Shown: positions 43,425 to 45,738 of the stretch, piece after piece
Layout: each line of letters opens with the position of its first letter
Numbering within the stretch: the stretch's first letter is position 1
Virus record (IMG/VR): IMGVR_UViG_3300044450_000301
Span: 1 to 45,738 of that record
Source: a virus
Lineage: Duplodnaviria > Caudoviricetes
Direction: 5' to 3' (one strand)
Length of the DNA stretch: 45,738 nucleotides
The notes under the pieces: generated by a model
The model's input: only the letters and a program-made list of their open reading frames with translations
Told to the model about the DNA's origin: nothing
Databases searched by the model: none
Made by a program: the position numbers and the translations under genes

Positions 43425-43456
43425 CAGGCGTTGCGACTGTTGCGATAAAAGCATCG
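43421..43456 (+). promoter_or_regulatory. Sigma70-like promoter TTGACA-17-GATAAA overlapped by operator TGTTGCGATAAAAGCATCG
   Basis: Consensus -35, 17-bp spacer, operator at 43438-43456. Confidence 0.7.
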
Positions 43457-43535
43457 GGCGGCGCTGCGGCGTCGCGGGACAACCCTGCGGGGCCCCGAAG
43501 GAAAAACCCGGCTGGCCCGCTCAGTCGGGTTTTTT
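43456..43535 (+). ncRNA. Putative ~80-nt small RNA
   Basis: Promoter upstream, terminator downstream, no ATG/RBS between; family unknown. Confidence 0.4.
43502..43535. terminator. Intrinsic terminator, possibly bidirectional, overlapping the integrase stop
   Basis: AAAAACCCGGCTG-GCCCGCT-CAGTCGGGTTTTTT. Confidence 0.8.
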
Positions 43536-44606
43536 CGTGACGATCTCCAGCCACTTCCATCCCGCGTATTTGTCGCCGCCTTCCCGGATGTGTGTGTAGC
43601 GCTTCAAGCTCTGCCACGATCGATGTCCTGAGACGGCGGCGGCATGCGGGATGTTCATGCCGATCTCGAACAGGCGCGAAACCCCGTCATGCCTGAGATC
43701 GTGAAAGCGCAAATCCTCGATCCCCAAGACGGCGCATGTCCGCGTGAATGATGCGCTGATCGCGTCCGTCGAATAGGGGAATATCCGATCGACCTTCCTG
43801 GGCATCGCGTCGATGATCGCGAGCGCTGGAGCCGGAAGGTCGCACCAGATATCATTGCCGATCTTCTCGCCTGGGTGTTTCATGTCGCGGACCAGGGTGC
43901 GCGAGTGCTTCCGGTCGAGATCATCCCAGGCGATCCGCGTGATTTCCTCTTGGCGGCGCGTCGACAGGATCGCGAACGGAATGATCCGCGTCATCGGAAC
44001 CATGTCCGGCCGGCGCTTCTCGCGCTCGGCGTAGTGCGCCATGATCCGGTCAAGTTCTGCGATCGTCGGCCGGCGATCTCGCGATCGCGATTTCCTCACG
44101 GCTCCCAGGCGGCGCATGACGGTAAGCGCATCGTCCATCGCCTGCTTGTCGAGCGGGTAGCTCCAGGCCGGCCGCGCGACCGCGAACACGGATGCCAGAT
44201 GCGACATATAGTTGTTCACGGTTTGCGGCTGCATGCCCGTCGCGGCAAGGTCGCTGCCCAGGCTGACGATCTCGGCGCTGCCGATCTCGCTGCACCTCAT
44301 GCCGGCGATCTCGTAGCTCTTGATCACCCTGAGAACCTGGGCCTTGGTGCGGCCGATCGCGCGAATGCTCTCAGCGATATACTTGTCGATCGCGTCGGCA
44401 AGTGTCGGGTCGACGCGCTGGGCGCGCTCGATCTCGCCGGGCTGGGCAAGCTCGCCCTCGCGCTTCCTGATCCACGCGGCGGCTGACGGCCGTCGATCGA
44501 ACGTCTTGCTCTCGCGATGAACGATCCGGCCCTCGCGTTTCAGGATGATCTTTGCCATATAGGCGATCGATCCATTCTTGCGCGGGCGCTCGACTATGGT
44601 CCCCAT
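43521..44606 (-). CDS. int: Tyrosine recombinase, dusA-associated integrase
   Basis: STRRQEEI, RDMKHP, LRFHDLRH, SGHRSWQSLKRY; divergent from dusA. Confidence 0.95.
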   Translation of the reverse strand: MGTIVERPRKNGSIAYMAKIILKREGRIVHRESKTFDRRPSAAAWIRKREGELAQPGEIERAQRVDPTLADAIDKYIAESIRAIGRTKAQVLRVIKSYEIAGMRCSEIGSAEIVSLGSDLAATGMQPQTVNNYMSHLASVFAVARPAWSYPLDKQAMDDALTVMRRLGAVRKSRSRDRRPTIAELDRIMAHYAEREKRRPDMVPMTRIIPFAILSTRRQEEITRIAWDDLDRKHSRTLVRDMKHPGEKIGNDIWCDLPAPALAIIDAMPRKVDRIFPYSTDAISASFTRTCAVLGIEDLRFHDLRHDGVSRLFEIGMNIPHAAAVSGHRSWQSLKRYTHIREGGDKYAGWKWLEIVTKKPD

Positions 44607-44607
44607 A

Positions 44608-44639
44608 TGGTATCACAAGCCTTGATCTGGTGTCACAAG
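44608..44639. repeat. Direct repeats TGGTRTCACAAG, candidate integrase arm-type sites
   Basis: 44608-44619 and 44628-44639. Confidence 0.5.
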
Positions 44640-44743
44640 GCGGTATTACCACGGTGAAAATGCCCGGCGATATGGTTCAATTCGCAACGATGCGCAACAT
44701 GATGCGCAATCGCTTCAACGCGGGAAATAGCGGATGCGAGAAA

Positions 44744-44800
44744 GATCAATGAGTTACAGGCGGCGCGTTTTTGCCGTCGCGCCGATGATGGACTGGACGG
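44744..44800. other. Probable att junction in the 5' end of dusA with an IHF-like site (GATCAATGAGTTA)
   Basis: dusA-associated elements recombine in the 5' dusA region; the partner att copy is not in the window. Confidence 0.55.
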
Positions 44801-45738
44801 ACCGGCACTGCCGCTATCTGCATCGGCTGTTGTCGCCTGGAGCGCTGCTCTACACCGAGATGGTGGTGGCGGATGCCGTCATCCACGGACCGCGCGAGCG
44901 CTTGCTGGGTTTCGACGGCGTTGAGCATCCGGTCGCGCTGCAGCTTGGCGGCTCGGAGCCGGAAAAACTCGCGGAAGCCGCGCGGATCGGCGCCGGCTTC
45001 GACTATGACGAGATCAACCTCAATGTCGGCTGCCCGTCCGATCGCGTGCAGTCCGGCACATTCGGCGCGTGCCTGATGCGCACGCCGAACCTTGTCGCGG
45101 ACTGCGTCGCGGCGATGAAGGCGGAAGTCGATGTGCCGGTAACGGTGAAATGCCGGCTCGGCGTCGACGAGCAGGACATTGAAACCGCGCTCGACGAGAT
45201 CGCGGATAAGGTGTTCGCGGCCGGTGCCGACGCGCTCTGGGTGCATGCCCGCAAGGCCTGGCTGGAAGGGCTCAGCCCGAAGGAGAACCGGGACATCCCG
45301 CCGCTCGACTATGACCGCGTGTACCGGCTCAAGCAGCGGTTGCCGAACCGTTTCATCGGCGTCAATGGCGGCATTCAGACCGCCGGCGAGGTCGTCGCCC
45401 ATCTGGAGCATGCTGATGGCGCCATGATGGGCCGGGCCGCCTATCACAATCCAGCCATCCTGCACGAGGTGGAGGCGGCGCTGGGCGGCGCGCTGTCCGC
45501 AATCGACTGGGACAGGGTTATCGCGGAGATGGCCGAACATGCGGCGCGGCACATCGCTGCGGGCGGACGGCTTTCGCATGTGACGCGCCACATGGTCGGG
45601 CTGTTCCACGGCCTGCCGGGCGCGCGGCGCTACCGGCAGATCCTCTCGAGCGAGGCGACGAAGCCCGGCGCTGGCCCCGAGGTGCTGTTTGCAGCCTGCC
45701 GCGCGGTCGATACGGCGGCGGAGAGCCGCGCTGCCTGA
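44749..45738 (+). CDS. dusA: tRNA-dihydrouridine synthase A
   Basis: FAVAPMMDWTDRHCR, LYTEM, NLNVGCPSDRVQSG, HARKAWL, NGGI, MMGRAAY. Confidence 0.97.
   Translation: MSYRRRVFAVAPMMDWTDRHCRYLHRLLSPGALLYTEMVVADAVIHGPRERLLGFDGVEHPVALQLGGSEPEKLAEAARIGAGFDYDEINLNVGCPSDRVQSGTFGACLMRTPNLVADCVAAMKAEVDVPVTVKCRLGVDEQDIETALDEIADKVFAAGADALWVHARKAWLEGLSPKENRDIPPLDYDRVYRLKQRLPNRFIGVNGGIQTAGEVVAHLEHADGAMMGRAAYHNPAILHEVEAALGGALSAIDWDRVIAEMAEHAARHIAAGGRLSHVTRHMVGLFHGLPGARRYRQILSSEATKPGAGPEVLFAACRAVDTAAESRAA

Larger units (their letters stand above)
1..44790. mobile_element. Temperate podovirus-like prophage (BPP-1/epsilon15-like) integrated in dusA; left boundary beyond window
   Basis: Packaging, head, short-tail, lysis, replication, immunity and integrase genes are all present; the integrase is divergent from and adjacent to the 5' end of dusA. 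Confidence 0.95.

Noticed and set aside
1-45738. High frequency of GATC/CGATCG; tRNA or rRNA genes
   Set aside because: GATC richness is plausibly codon-driven and was not quantified; no tRNA or rRNA structure was recognised

Overview
Positions 1 to about 44.8 kb are a temperate podovirus-type prophage with BPP-1/epsilon15-like structural genes, in a GC-rich, probably Rhizobiales-type alphaproteobacterium. It is integrated at the 5' end of the host dusA gene by a dusA-associated tyrosine integrase; the left end lies outside the window. Gene order: leftward early accessory operon (hexapeptide-repeat protein, HTH/wHTH proteins, ExoX-like exonuclease), an AT-rich repeat/IHF region, terS-terL-portal-scaffold-capsid-cement-tail tube, ejected internal virion proteins (a lysozyme-bearing protein and a 2905-aa polyvalent protein with two HExxH and two ADP-ribosyltransferase-like modules), tail fibre and chaperone, holin-like genes, RecET, cI/cro, helicase, wHTH regulator, SSB, VRR-NUC, primase-VirE, GH108 endolysin, integrase, dusA. 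Reading the raw DNA adds several things the ORF track misses: a 19-bp operator at about 10 sites, a second GCAACC(A/C)TTG motif 45-48 nt upstream of late genes, an operator-covered promoter for a ~80-nt non-coding RNA converging on the integrase, several translationally coupled micro-proteins, and the true minus-strand frame of the 18-bp repeat array. All family assignments come from motif recognition by eye; no database searches were run.
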